Positions 13,524 through 26,574 of a stretch of DNA of 64,000 nucleotides are shown here, one piece after another. The stretch is from Octopus vulgaris. Lineage: Eukaryota. Below the pieces are notes generated by a model. It worked only from the letters and a program-made list of their open reading frames with translations. It did no database searches and was not told the DNA's origin. The stretch spans positions 10,788,001-10,852,000 of the forward strand of contig OX597837.1 in assembly GCA_951406725.2 (NCBI GenBank), written 5' to 3'. Both the position numbers and the translations under genes were made by a program. Position 1 is the stretch's first letter, and every line of letters begins with the position of its first letter.

Positions 13524-13525
<2 letters not shown>
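12690..13525 (-). mobile_element. RTE LINE 3' fragment (RT C-terminus), split by a MITE dimer
   Basis: Minus strand, with frameshifts: HDNRISK*LLFELAQGTGSRGRPKLRFKDTCKSSL...WEKLVEERTAWKTSV then CSTC; matches the RTE C-terminal pattern. Confidence 0.75.
12804..13289 (+). mobile_element. Tandem dimer of piggyBac-like MITE P1
   Basis: Two TTAA-flanked units (12808-13032, 13064-13285) separated by a 23-bp spacer. Confidence 0.88.
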
Positions 13526-13556
<31 letters not shown>

Positions 13557-13943
13557 TCTTTTACTTGTTTCAGTCATTTGACTGTGGCCATGCTGGAGCA
13601 CCGCCTTTAATCGAGCAACTCGACTCCGGGACTTATTCTTTTGTAAGCCCAGTACTTATTCTATCAGTCTCTTTTGCCGAACCGCTAAGTAACGGGAACA
13701 TAAACACACTAGCATCGGTTGTCAAGCAATGCTAGGAGGACAAACACACACACACATATATATATATATATACATATATATGATGGGCTTATTTCAGTTT
13801 CCGTCTACCAAATCCACTCACAAGGCTTTGGTCGGCCCGAGGCTATAGTAGAAGACACTTGCCCAAGGTGCCACGCAGTGGGACTGAACCTGGCACCATG
13901 TGGTTGGTAAACAAGCTACCCACCACACAGCCACTCCTGCGCC

Positions 13944-13994
<51 letters not shown>

Positions 13995-14350
13995 TCTTTT
14001 ATTTGTTTCAGTCACTTGATTGTGGCCATGCTGGAGCACTGCCTTTAGTTGAGCAGGATTTACTCTTTGTAAGCCTAGTACTTATTCTATCAGTCTCTTG
14101 TGCTGAACCGCTAAGTCATGGGGACATAAACACGGCCACATCGGTTGTCAAGCGATGGTGTAGGGGTACAAATACAGACACACACACACACATATATACA
14201 CGTACACGATGGGCTTCTTTCAGTTTCCATCTACCAAATCCACTCACCAGGCTTTGGTTGGCCTGAGGCCACTGTAGAAAAAATTATCTTAGACATTCAC
14301 ACTTAATATTTTTAGGTTGATGTTCATGGATGGATTGAAAGAGTAAAAGT

Positions 14351-14384
14351 TATGACGTTTCGGAGATTAGTCCTTCTTCGGATA
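14351..14384 (-). ncRNA. Minimal hammerhead ribozyme motif
   Basis: Minus strand UAU-CCGAAGA-A-GGA-CUAAUC-UCC-GAAA-CGUC-AUA; palindromic ACGU stem III, GUC triplet, U4C variant. Confidence 0.65.
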
Positions 14385-14599
14385 CCATAGGAAAGTCCAG
14401 GGGAGACTGGGTAGAGGGTGGGTAACATTCTTATACATTTGATAGTTGTATAAAAATACAGACATTATGTATGTATATGTGTGTATATATGTGTACATGC
14501 TGTGAGCCTATATACACATGTTCTTTTATAAGTTTCAGTCACGCCGGAGCATGTATATAGGTTTTAGAAGTAGGAAGAAAAGAGCACAGTGCTTAGGGT

Positions 14600-14658
<59 letters not shown>

Positions 14659-14714
14659 GTGTATATATATAGATAGATAGGTTTGGTTAAGCGGAAGAAT
14701 TCACTGCTTAAATT

Positions 14715-14738
14715 TCTATGCATGTATGTATATCTATA

Positions 14739-14769
<31 letters not shown>

Positions 14770-15030
14770 GTACATGTGTGTATGTATATACATACTTATG
14801 TTTATGTACATGTATGGATATACTTATGTATATATATGTACATGTATGTATATGCACATATATATACACACATATATATATGTACATGTATGTATGTGCA
14901 CACATATATATATACACATATATATGTACATGTATGTATATGCACATTATATATATGTATATATATATCTATGTACATGTATGTATATGCACATTATATG
15001 TATATATGTACATGTATGAATGTATGTATA
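14715..15030. repeat. TA/TG/CA compound micro-/minisatellite
   Basis: Read directly. Confidence 0.93.
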
Positions 15031-15954
15031 GCCAAATCCTGTTTTATGAAATATTAATTCCCCTACAGAAGTGAAATATCACCAGTATGCCAGAATTTCA
15101 ATTTTGATGTAGAAAATGGCATTTGCTTCAATATTTTTTTGTCCATTTTCGCTCCGATAACAAAAAATTATTTAATAAATAATGAGTATATAATGTGTTT
15201 TTATAAATAAAAGTCATCAAGTGATAACTTCAGATCAATAGCACTTGTTGTACGGATTACATTGCATTCTCGTCACTTAACCCGGATCGAGCAGACGTAT
15301 TTGATTGAAAGCGCTCCGGTGATGGCCATCCTGTCGTTTTGTATATCAGGAACTACGGTATTTAATGTGTACTTGTTTTATTTTTTAAAAGCTATATTTA
15401 AGAGAGATGTTGTTGCTATTTCTGGCGTGTCAAACAACCGTGCAGACACCACTTCGTTTTAGGTTGCAAATTCAGACTGCATCCTAAGATCATGTGTGTA
15501 TGTAAGGATATATATGTGTATATATGTATACACACTTTTATTTATTTCAGTCATTTGACTGCGGCCATGCTGGAGCACTGCCTTTAGTCGAACAAATTGA
15601 CCCCAGGTCTTATTCTTTGTAAGCCTTGTACTTATTCTATAGGTTTCTTTTGCCGAATCGCTAAGTTACGGGGACGTAAACACACCAGCATCGGTTGTCA
15701 AGCGATGGTGGGGGTCAAACACAGACACACAAACACATATATATATATATACGACGGGCTTCTTTCAGTTTCCTTCTACCAATTTCATTCACAAGGCTTT
15801 GGTCGGCCCGAGGCTATAGTAGAAGACACTTGCCCAAGGTGCCACGCTGTGGGACTTAGCCCTGGACCATGTGATTAGGAAGCAAGCTACTTAACACACA
15901 GCCACTCCTGACGAAGGCAGGTGTATTACTTTGACGTTCGGGAAAAAATGGAAA

Positions 15955-15990
15955 AGCCTGGGGTTTCGAGCCTACGCTCTTCGTCAGAAA
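15955..15990 (-). ncRNA. Degenerate minimal hammerhead motif (cleavage triplet lost)
   Basis: Minus strand UUU-CUGACGA-A-GAGC-GUAG-GCUC-GAAA-CCCC; core and stem II intact, no NUH. Confidence 0.55.
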
Positions 15991-16486
15991 GGGCTGATAG
16001 GAAAAAAGTGGAAAGAGAACGGGGTGAGGATGTGTAGGGATTAACGGTTCTACATAATGAAATGACCATATATAGATAGATAGATAGATGTGTGTGTGTA
16101 TATACACACAGTCATACATTCCTGCTTTGATGTCTAAGCGAGGAGAAAAGTACGCAATATATGGCGCAGAGTTTATTCGTTCGAAAATTACCCCCTTTTT
16201 TTTTACCCCTTTCGACACTTGAAGAATCGCACACGACGAAGAACTCTCGAGCTGCGAAGAGCGTATTCCACAGAAGCCACTTAGCAAAAAAATCGCGGAC
16301 GAGGTTGTGAAGAATATTCCGTCCTTATATGATCGCAACAAACGGTTGCCACTGTGGTGTTGATACCGGATCTCCGTTGCCAACCTCTAGTTTATTTACT
16401 CTCTGCATATGTATCAATATAATGTGTGTATGTGTATATATTGTAACTGAAGGTGGTGGATAGCTGGTCTTATATTGCGCCTATAT

Positions 16487-16520
<34 letters not shown>

Positions 16521-17999
16521 GTTTGTATGTGTGTGTATGCATACACGCACACAGTTACGTCTGTGGCCCAATCCCTCTTGTTTGTAAAAACAACCCGGAT
16601 ATCCTAAATCTGGCGCAGGCCCCTTTTTCAAGACGCGAGCCGCAAGCGACATGGCTCGGTACTAGGGGACCTGCACTGCTAAAAAACAATCGGCGGCGGT
16701 AAAGAATACGTACACTACCCGTTTTAGGCCCTAACAAAAACCCTAACCCTAAAACACCGGGTGTACGTATTTTTTTACTTTTGCCAAAAATTCAAGGTAA
16801 AATTTTGCCGCGGGTCGCAGTTTGCCCATGTCTGTCATCAAAGATAGACAGGACAGGTGTGTGTAATCCCATGTTAGTCTGATCGACCAGGTACCAGTAA
16901 TCAAAGGCGTTGTCACTATGACAATACAAATATCTTATCTTTTGAGACTCTTTCGTTTTGCTAACGGAAGACTATAATTTGGAGTAGATTTAGTTGCTAT
17001 TTCTAGCAGGTCGTGCGACAGCAGTAGAAGTTCCCGTCACGGTTGCCTATTGAAGTGTACTAAACTATTTCTCTTCCCTCTTTAAAACGAGTTTATCAAC
17101 CATGTGCGTGATAAATTATTTTGTGGTTTTTGTCGTGTAGAGTTTGTGATAATAAGATGTTGTGTGTCGATTTATATATTAAACTATACTCAAAAATATA
17201 CCTCAACACGTATTTACTCGTGTACTAATTAAATGTTAAATCTTGGTCCTTTCATAGTTTCAGCTTTACCCCGTGTGGGTGGGTCACACCCCAGTTTTTT
17301 TTCTCTTTCCTTTTCAGTTAAAATCTAGTACAAAATAGTGCGACTTTTCCCCCAGTATATGAACTAAACCCATACACACAAACTCTAAATATTTGCGGCA
17401 TTCTCCTCCTAACTTCCGTGTTCACAAATTAAATTAAAATGAGAGTTAATTAGACTCCAATTAATACGTTGAGCAATCATTTTATTTACGCATCAATAAG
17501 ATATTAGCTATATATATTATATATATATATAGCTTATATAACCTTGTGTGTGTGTGTGTGTGTGTATGTATGATGTATGTATTATATATTTATATATATA
17601 TCCACAAATTTTTATGGATAACACCATACAAAATTCTGGTGCATCTAAATTAAGTACCATATTCATTTGAATCTAAATTTTTGCTGAACTATATATATAT
17701 ATATATATATGTTACACGCAGACTTCTGGTTAGACATTGAGAACAGACAAGGAAAGAAGTCAGGGAAGAAAACATTTTCTGAGAAGGAAGTTAGTATAAA
17801 AAACCATTGAAACGCTTCTTGGCGTTCTAAAATAAGGTGGACAGACAACCTTTATATATATTATATACACACATATTTATATATATATGTATGTATAATC
17901 TCCAGAATTCTGTGTTAGTCATCACCTGTGTTGAGGGGTAGTGAGTAAAGATAATTAATATTTCTAACCCAGTTTAGCTTCTTTTTTTTATTAATTATT

Positions 18000-18288
18000 A
18001 TAGTTCTTTCTGGTTCTCACGCGGTCGAGATAAAGCAGTCACAGAAATGGCACGAGTGCCTAAGAACTGTGTGCAGTGAAAGCCGCTTAATGTGATCGTT
18101 TTTTGTCGTTTTCCCTCTTGCTGTTGTAAACGGAGCTTCTTAGAGAGCAGTAGCAAAGAACCGAAGCTTGATAACATTATGCGGAAGCTAACAATATCCT
18201 TAACTTGTCTTAGTAGGAATCCATTTAATGTTGAGCGCTATAACATCCATGATTCTAATAAGCGGCTAATATATATATACTTTTTACT

Positions 18289-18325
<37 letters not shown>

Positions 18326-18416
18326 TTATCGTATATATATGTGTGTGTTACTGGGAAAATAGATTCGAATAAACAAACATTATTGCATATATAACAAATC
18401 AAACAGCCATAATTGA

Positions 18417-18474
<58 letters not shown>

Positions 18475-18853
18475 GTGTATGTATATACATCTAGGTTTGG
18501 TGTTAAAGGAACATAGAAATCCAAATATTGGTATATATTAATTTATTTTTTTTATTATTAATCAGCGATGTCTGGAAGAGCCGAGGGTTACGTCCAATTG
18601 GACTTACGAAGCTGGTTTCAAATTATGGTGCCGTGAGCGGGGGAGGGTCGCATTTTATACAGACCGGTTAAAATAATAATTCTCTGGTTTCTTTGCACGG
18701 AACTCTCTCTCCTTGAACCACTCTAATTCTACCGATGATAATAATAAATAATATATATATATGTATGTATAATGTTCAAATGTCTACTCGTATCTCCCTC
18801 CTCCCCCGGCTTTGTCATCTGTCTCCTACTCCCCGTCCCCTTTACTGATGAAA
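18000..18853 (+). other. Candidate alternative promoter/first exon ending ATG AAA|GTAAGT
   Basis: CpG-retaining unique sequence from about 18010; consensus GTAAGT donor at 18854 directly after ATG AAA (18848-18853), in frame with the 61465 exon. Confidence 0.45.
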
Positions 18854-19171
18854 GTAAGTTCGCTTTTTTTTTTCTTTTTATATATTAGCTGCCCCTCCTC
18901 CCTTTGTAAGTTGCTTTTCCTTGCTGCTGTGACCCTAATTTTCACTTTAGGTCAATATAGATAGATAGGTAATCGCGTATTCGTTCCTCTGTTCGTCTCT
19001 CTCTCTCTCGTGTGTGTGTGTGTGTTCAATGGCAAACATCGAATAATGGAATCAGGGAATCCTTTTAATATCCTATTCTTTGATATTTATGATCATGCAT
19101 ACTTTATGGATATTTGTGGATTTTTTCATATAATTGGAGGGGTCCGCGTGAAAAACCTTCACAAGTGTCTG

Positions 19172-19197
19172 TATATACACACACATATATATGTGTG

Positions 19198-19228
<31 letters not shown>

Positions 19229-19254
19229 TGTGTGTATATATATATATATATATA

Positions 19255-19289
<35 letters not shown>

Positions 19290-19354
19290 GTATATGTGTG
19301 TATATATATATATATATGTATATGTGTGTATATATATATGTCTGTGTGTATATA

Positions 19355-19410
<56 letters not shown>

Positions 19411-19535
19411 GTGTGTGTGTGTGTATGTATATATATATGTGTGTGTGTGTATATATATGTGTGTGTGTATATATATGTGTGTGTGTATATGTATGTGTGT
19501 GTGTGTGTATATATGTGTGTGTGTGTGTGTATATA

Positions 19536-19566
<31 letters not shown>

Positions 19567-19576
19567 GTGTGTGTGT
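19172..19576. repeat. (TG)n(TA)n compound microsatellite
   Basis: Read directly. Confidence 0.95.
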
Positions 19577-19699
19577 TTTTATCTATTCGAGGTCTATGAT
19601 TCATTCCATTATTATCGACTAGAAGTTTCTTTCAAGCGGCAAATAAGAGGAGAGAGAGAGAGAGAGGGAGGGAGAGAGGGAGATATGCGTGTGTGTAGA

Positions 19700-20595
19700 T
19701 AATTAAAAGGTGTCTCTCAGAAATCGAAGCGGAAACTATATCTGGTCGGTGCGTGAGTTGAGAGATATATTGGTAGCGGGTGGGGTGGTGAACGGGTAGT
19801 TTTTGAGCTGACGAACGGGGTGCTTGCTTATTCCTACGGCGGCTGCTGTGTAAGGAGGACCAGCGGGTGGTTGTTTAGGCTTTCTCAATCCTTAATGTAT
19901 TTAGCGATAGATTAAAAAAAAAAAAAGGTTGGCGGAGATGTGGGGGCTTTGATCAATTGTGATTAGTAGTCGAAAACTCCCTCTATTCGGTGTTTTTAGA
20001 GTGAGTATTGTTAAGAGTCTGCGTTCGATATCGGCCGGACTAAGAGCTTGGCCTTACAATTACTACTACTACTACTACCGTGGTCATATTTCTACTCCTA
20101 CTACCACTATTACTATTACTCCCCCTCCCTCGACTATCCCCTTCACTGTTATCACGAGCATCCCCTTCTGTGTTATCACGAGCCGACAATGGAGCTTGTA
20201 TGTGGTCGTCGCTCCTCCTAGAAATTCTAACCAAAATCTCCCTTTTATCACGCTCCACAGTCGAAGGAAAGACGAACGATGTCGTTCGCTGGCAGGACTG
20301 TCACGGCAGGAAAGCCTTTGGTCATCGTAAGGTGTGCTTTTACGGTGCTGCCGACCTTGGTGATAAAGCATCGTCGTAGTCGCCGTTGGCGGCCTCATCG
20401 CTTATTGTTAGTAGTACTACTAAGATCATCATCATCGTCGTCATCATCTTTGCTAGTACTACTACTACCATCGCCCCTGCTGTTGCTGTTATTGTCATCA
20501 ATATTGTCTATGCTACTACTAATACTACTACTACTACTACTCTCATCCATCATCATCATCATCGTCGTCATCATTCCAGTAGCAGAAGCCTGCTT
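19700..20595 (+). other. Candidate alternative promoter/first exon (CpG-rich, triplet-repeat rich)
   Basis: High CpG density, SINE-free from about 16.9 to 20.7 kb; donors GTGAGT at 20001 and GTAAGT at 20596. Confidence 0.35.
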
Positions 20596-21458
20596 GTAAG
20601 TGGTGGATGGAGGGAGGTATGCGGGGAAACACTTGTATATCTTAGAATAATCACGAGATCTATCTATATACGGTGATATATATATAGATAGATAGATGGG
20701 TATCGTTGAGGAGCGGGTTTGTGGTAAGTAGATAGGTGGGTTTATGGGTGGATGGGTCGAGGGTTGTGTGTGACATTTTTTAAAATTCTTTTATTTCTGT
20801 CATTTGACTGCGGCCATGCTGGAACACCGCTTTTAGTCGAACAAAATCGACCCCTCCAGGACTTATTCTTTGTAAGCCTAGAACTCATTCTATCGGTTTA
20901 TTTTTGCCGAACTGCTAATTTGCGTGGACGTAAACACACCAACGTCGGTTGTTAAGCGATGCTGGAAGGACGGGCTTCTTTCAGTTTCCGTCTACCAAAT
21001 CCACTCGCAAGGCTATAGTAGGAGACACTTGCCCAAGGTACCACGCTGTTGGACTGAACCTAGAACCATTATGTTGGTAAGCAAGCCACTTACCACATAG
21101 CCACTCCTACGCCTCTGTGGCATTAAAAAATTTTTTTTATTTAACCTTAGGTCAACCCTTGCCAAACAGACAGATATGATCAAAAGATATTCTACTGATG
21201 ATCATTTCAATTTTATATTTATTTATTTATTAAGCAACATCCATTTTCTTATTCTTTTACTTGTTTCAGTCATTTGACTACAGCCATGCTGGAGCACCGC
21301 CTAAAAGGGTTTCTAGTCGACGATGTCGACCCCCAGGACTTATTCTTTGTAAGCCCTAGTATTTATTCTATTGAATTCTCTTTGGCCGAACCGCTGAGTT
21401 ACGGTGACTTAAACACACCAGCATCGGTTGTCAAGCGATGGCAGAGTGACAAAAACAA

Positions 21459-21513
<55 letters not shown>

Positions 21514-23119
21514 CATAGACACACACTCACTTACATGTGTGTGTGTGTATACGACGGGCTTCTTTCAGTTTCCATCTACCAAATCCATTCACAAAGCTTT
21601 GATCAGCCTGAGGCTATAGCTGAAGACAGTTGCCCAAGGTGCCATGCAGAGGGTCTAAACCCGGAACCTCGTGGTTGGTAAGCAAGCTTCTTACCACATA
21701 GCCACACCTATTATGCATGACAGTGTGGTCAAGAAGCTCACTTTGCAACCACATGGTGTCAGGTTCAGTCCCATTGTGCAGCAGCTTTGGTTTCTTCTAT
21801 AACCCCATATCAATCAATGCCTTGTGAGTGAATGAAAAACTGTGTGGAAGCCCAGTGTGCATATATATATATATATATATCACCGTGACCGACCAGTTGC
21901 TACACATCGCTGGTCACAATGCACTTCGCATTGTCTTAGCCTTCAAATGATGCCACCCCGCTGGCTAAGCGAGCAGGCCAACAGGAAGAAAGAGTGTGAG
22001 AAAGTTGTGGCAAAAGAGTACAGTAGGGGTCGCCACCACCCCCTGCCGGAACCTCGTGGAGAATTAGGTGCTTTCGCTCAATAAACACGCACAACACCTG
22101 GTCTGGGAATCGAAACTGCGATCCTACGACCGCGAGTCCGCTGCCCTAACCACTGGGCCATTGTGCCTACTCTACAATGTCATTCTAAAAATAATGACAT
22201 CATCAAAACCCTCAAAACTTACTTTCAAAACGATGTGAATAAACAAACTTTACATTTGACAGAGAAATCTGAAAGCTAAAGGATGAAAAATTAGAACCTG
22301 CAGATAAACCACGGGTCTTTTGGTAATCTGAATCAGAGATTGGATTAACTAGTTTTGTCTTGCATTAAGGTCTAAGGGATTGGCTTCTCTTCCTAGCTGG
22401 TCAAACTACCAAATAGTTGTTTTTAGTTCCCTGCCATTTAGTTATCTCTGATCATCAGCAATCCTGCTGTGACCATCCCATTTATTTTTCCTTCTGTATA
22501 TCTTGCACTACTATGTCCTCAAATCTGCCTTTCCCATTTTAAGGAGGGAAGTGTGTGTGTGTGTATATAGCACTCACTTTTTAAGAGCGTGTACAATTGA
22601 GCACTTCATACTGTTTCTGAAGAGGGAAAAACAACAGCTTCTAAATGCACTCCTCACATATCATCATCATCATTTAACATCCGTTTTCCATGCTAGCATG
22701 GGTTGGACGGTTCAACCGGGGTCTGGGAAGCCAGGAGGGTGCACCAGGCTCCAGTCTGATCTGGCAGTTTTTCTACAGCTGGATGCCCTTCCTAATGCCA
22801 ACCACTCCGTTAGTGTAGCGGGTGCTTTTTACATGTCACCAGCACAGGTGCCAGGGGAGGCTGGTAACGGCCACGATTGGTTGGTGCTTTTTACATGCCA
22901 CTGGCACAGAAGCCAGTCAAGGCGGCACTGGCAAGTATTCATAATAGTGTGTAATCTGGATTTTAGACCATTCACACTATATCCCTTTTGTGTCTTCATC
23001 ATTTGACAGCTGTTTTCCATGCTGGCATGGGTTGGATGGTTTGACAAGAGGTGCCCCAGGCTCCATTTTGTCTGCTGCCCTTCCTAACGCCAGCAGCTTT
23101 ACAGAGTGTTACTGGGTAT

Positions 23120-23370
23120 TTTTAAACGTGGCACCTGCTTGTGTGCTTTTACGTGGTTCTGACATGGGTGCTTTTGTGAGGCACCAGCACGGCACTTTTG
23201 TGTGGTACCAACACAGGGTGCTTTTGTGTGGTACCGTCACAGGGTGCTTTAGTGTGGCACCAGCATGGCGCTTTTGTGAGGCACCAGCACGGCGCACTTT
23301 TGTATGACACCAGCACAGGGCGTTTTTATGTGGCACCATCACAGGGTGCTTTTGCGTGGCACCAGCATGT
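23120..23370. repeat. About 20-bp minisatellite (GTGGCACCAGCACAGGGTGCTTTT-like) derived from the family B module
   Basis: About 12 tandem degenerate units directly continuing a family B copy. Confidence 0.85.
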
Positions 23371-23984
23371 AAGGGATAATTAAACATATTGGCATCAAGA
23401 AGGACATCTAGTCTCAAAACAATGCCTCAAGAAAAAACTCCTCCCACCCATGCCAGTCTGAGCAAAATGTCTTCTGTTGTAGAGCAAATGATACGACCCA
23501 GAGGAATTGGTGATGGTATGTGTTGATAAATAGTTGGTACACAGCTCAGATGTGAAATATAGTGGTTTACTGTGAAGAAGGAATGTCTAATGTTTTTAGT
23601 ACAGCACACACACATGTACATAAAAACATGTATGTGTGTGTATATACATACATACATATATATATAAATGTGTATCGTTACTATTTTAGCATGGCATAGC
23701 ATGTAAACAACATTCTCTTTTAGAATGTATATAATTGAGCACTTTGTGTTGTTTATAAAAGCAGATGAAACAGCTTTTAAGTACACTTCTTCTACCCATA
23801 TGTACACGTGTATGTAAATGTATGTACACCCTGTAAGGTCTTAGTTTAACATTTCAAATTTAATGGATCAAAGGCATAAATGAATAATTTTACAAAATTA
23901 AGAATTTACAGAGCTGGCGCTGAAGTCCATTAACTGTTTTTTGAATGGCAGAGTGAGAGAGAGCGAGAAATAATGGTTGTGTAT

Positions 23985-24218
23985 GGTGGTGAGCTGGCAG
24001 AATCGTTAGCACGTCGGGCGAAATGCTTAGCGGTATTTCAGCTGCCGTTACGTTGTGAGTTCAAATTCCGCCGAGGTCGACTTTGCCTTTCATCCTTTCG
24101 GGGTCAATAAATTAAGTACCAGTTATGCACTGGGCTCGATATAATCGACTTAATACCTATGTCTGTCCATGTTTGTCCCCTTCTATGTTTAGCCCCTTGT
24201 GGGTAATAAAGAAATAGG
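23985..24218 (+). mobile_element. tRNA-derived SINE, family N (Nin-domain-like); copies about 3027, 11869, 12210, 33023, 52285, 57182 plus; 25218, 43230, 45092, 62230 minus
   Basis: A box AGCTGGCAGAA, B box GAGTTCAAATTC, central GCCTTTCATCCTTTCGGGGTCGATAAATTAAGTACCAG resembling the Nin domain; 16-bp TSD AACCTATAGCACCATG at the 52285 copy. Confidence 0.85.
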
Positions 24219-24339
24219 TTGTGTGTGTGTGAGAGAGAAAGAGAGAGATTTTAATAAATTCTGATGTTTGTTAAATTTTGTTGGCGCATCAGGGGATTGG
24301 TGGGGGGTTGAAGAAGAAGAAAAAATAATAAAGAGAATA

Positions 24340-24725
24340 GGCGCAGGAGTGGCTGTGTGGTGAGTAGCTTGCTAACCAACCACATGGTTCCGGGTTCAGT
24401 CCCACTGCATGGCATCTTGGGCAAGTGTCTTCTGCTATAGCCCCGGGCCGACCAATGCCTTGTGAGTGGATTTGGTAGACGGAAACTGAAAGAAGCCTGT
24501 CATATATATATATGTGTATGTGTGTGTGTTTGTCCTCCTAGCATTGCTTGACAACCGATGCTGGTGTGTTTACGTCCCCGTCACTTAGCGGTTCGGCAAA
24601 AGAGACCGATAGAATAAGTACTGGGCTTACAAAGAATAAGTCCCGGGGTCGATTTGCTCGACTAAAGGTGGTGCTCCAGCATGGCCGCAGTCAAATGACT
24701 GAAACAAGTAAAAGAGTAAAGAGAG
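24340..24725 (+). mobile_element. SINE family A, full length, plus strand
   Basis: GGCGCAGGAGTGGCTGTGTGG head to GTAAAAGAG tail. Confidence 0.9.
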
Positions 24726-24729
24726 TGTA

Positions 24730-25049
24730 AAATTGAAGAATCACGAAGAAAACGACGTTAGCAAAGAGAAATAAACAAAACTGAAAAAGCCGAGAGACTA
24801 CTAGAATGAAACGGCTAACGAGCACGATAAAGAATGATCCAGATAGACGAAGGCTTGTATATGTGCACGAGTCAGATGGTGCGAATAAGAATGTGTACGA
24901 GAGATGGGGGCGGAGGGGAGAGGTGTAGCTGCTCTGCCAACTTTGATTGAACAGACATTTTCAGCAGTTATTGCTGTTCTCTGTTTACTATTTTATGAGA
25001 CAGTTAAATCAAAGGATCTCTGTGTGTAATATTTTCTGATGGCATGGGG
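24730..25049 (+). other. Candidate alternative promoter/first exon ending ATG GGG|GTGAGT
   Basis: CpG-retaining unique DNA, GC box GGGGGCGGAGG near 24906, donor GT at 25050 after ATG GGG (25044-25049), phase 0. Confidence 0.3.
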
Positions 25050-26329
25050 GTGAGTACAAGGAGAGCGTGTTCATCTCGCTGTTCGGAACCATTAAAAAGG
25101 AGGCATTTTTATTTATCTCCCTCTGACAGATGGTGCTGCTTTGAAGCGTTGACACTTTCTCGTTCTGTCGACCGACCGAGCCGGTTTTTTTCTACTTTTG
25201 AACTGTTTTGCCTTATGCCTATTTCTTTATTACCCACAAGGGGCTAAACATAAAAGGGACAAAGACAGACATAGGTATTAAGTCGATTACATCGACCCCA
25301 GCGCGTAACTGGTACTTAATTTATCGACCCCGAAAGGATGAAAAGCAAAGTCGACCTCGGTGGAATTTGAACTCAGAATGTGATGACAGATGAAATACCT
25401 ATTTCTATTTCTTTACTACCCACAAGGGGCTAAACACAGAAGGGACGAACGGATTAAGTCGATTATATTGACCCCAGTGCATAACTGGTCCTTAATTTAT
25501 CGACCCCGAAAGGATGAAAAGCAAAGTCGACCTCGGTGGAATTTGAACTCACAACGTAACGACAGACGAAATACGGCTACGCATTTCGCCCGGCGTGCTA
25601 ACATTTCTGCCAGCTCACGTCTCCCCTGGTTGATCCACTGCCTCGTCGGAGAAATTCCATTTAGGGAGACTGTGCAGAAGCGTGTTCTGTACTGGTGCAG
25701 GCATGTATCTTGCTTTGCAGTCACGTGGTTTTGAGTTCAATCTCACTGCACAGCAACTTGGGCTAGTATCTTCTACTATTGCCCCAGGCTGGCCAGTTCC
25801 CTACCAGTGAATTTGGTAGATGGAAACTTGTGTGGAAACCAAAAATATATTTATGTGTGTGTCTTTGTGTGTGTTCTCCACTACCACTTGATATCTGGTG
25901 TAGGTTTGTTTACATCTCTGTAACTTAGCAGTTTTTGCAAAAGAGCTTGATGAAGTACCAGGCATGAGATATTAAGTACCGGGGTTGATTTGTTTGACTA
26001 ACCCTTCAAGGCAGTGCCCCAGCATGGCCGTGATCAAACGACTGAAACAGTAAAAGATATAAAAAGTATGTGATGTGTGGGTGTGTGTGTCTTTTGTTGA
26101 TGTCTTTCACCCAGATGTCAAGACACTGGATAAACCAGACCTTTGGAGAAAAAATTCCTTGGTGTATTTGTTCTGCCCAAGTTCCAGGCACGCCACTCTC
26201 CCTATCGCTTAGCCAATGTTGTAAATACAAGGAACTGCATTGATTGGTTGTCAGTGGAGATACCTTTTGTCTAACAATGCTATTGTTCACAAAACTGATA
26301 TGAAATGTATTAATAGCATCCGTCACCAC

Positions 26330-26530
26330 CCACTATTCCTGGGTGAATTGTTGGTCTAGAGTCCTTGCATACCTTCTCTGTAGGGTTCTATCAGAGGCAA
26401 CCATCAAGAGATTTTCTGGCTGGATTCCTCAGTGCAACTAGCTGAGACTGGGTATTATTATCCAGTCATTTTATTCATGGTCCACCCCCAGGTTTCCTCT
26501 TGCCTATTGGAGTGGCTTATAGAATCCATC
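26330..26530 (-). mobile_element. Degraded RTE LINE C-terminal fragment
   Basis: Minus-strand ATPIGKRKPG...GIQPENL..VASDR pieces resemble the RTE ORF end. Confidence 0.5.
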
Positions 26531-26574
26531 TTGTGATTCTTTGCTCTGACGTACTAATCACATGCACTTGTACT

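Noticed and set aside
18568-18636. Short ORF MSGRAEGYVQ... with a histone-like MSGR start
   Set aside because: Similarity is limited to four residues and it stops after 22 codons; at most a uORF.
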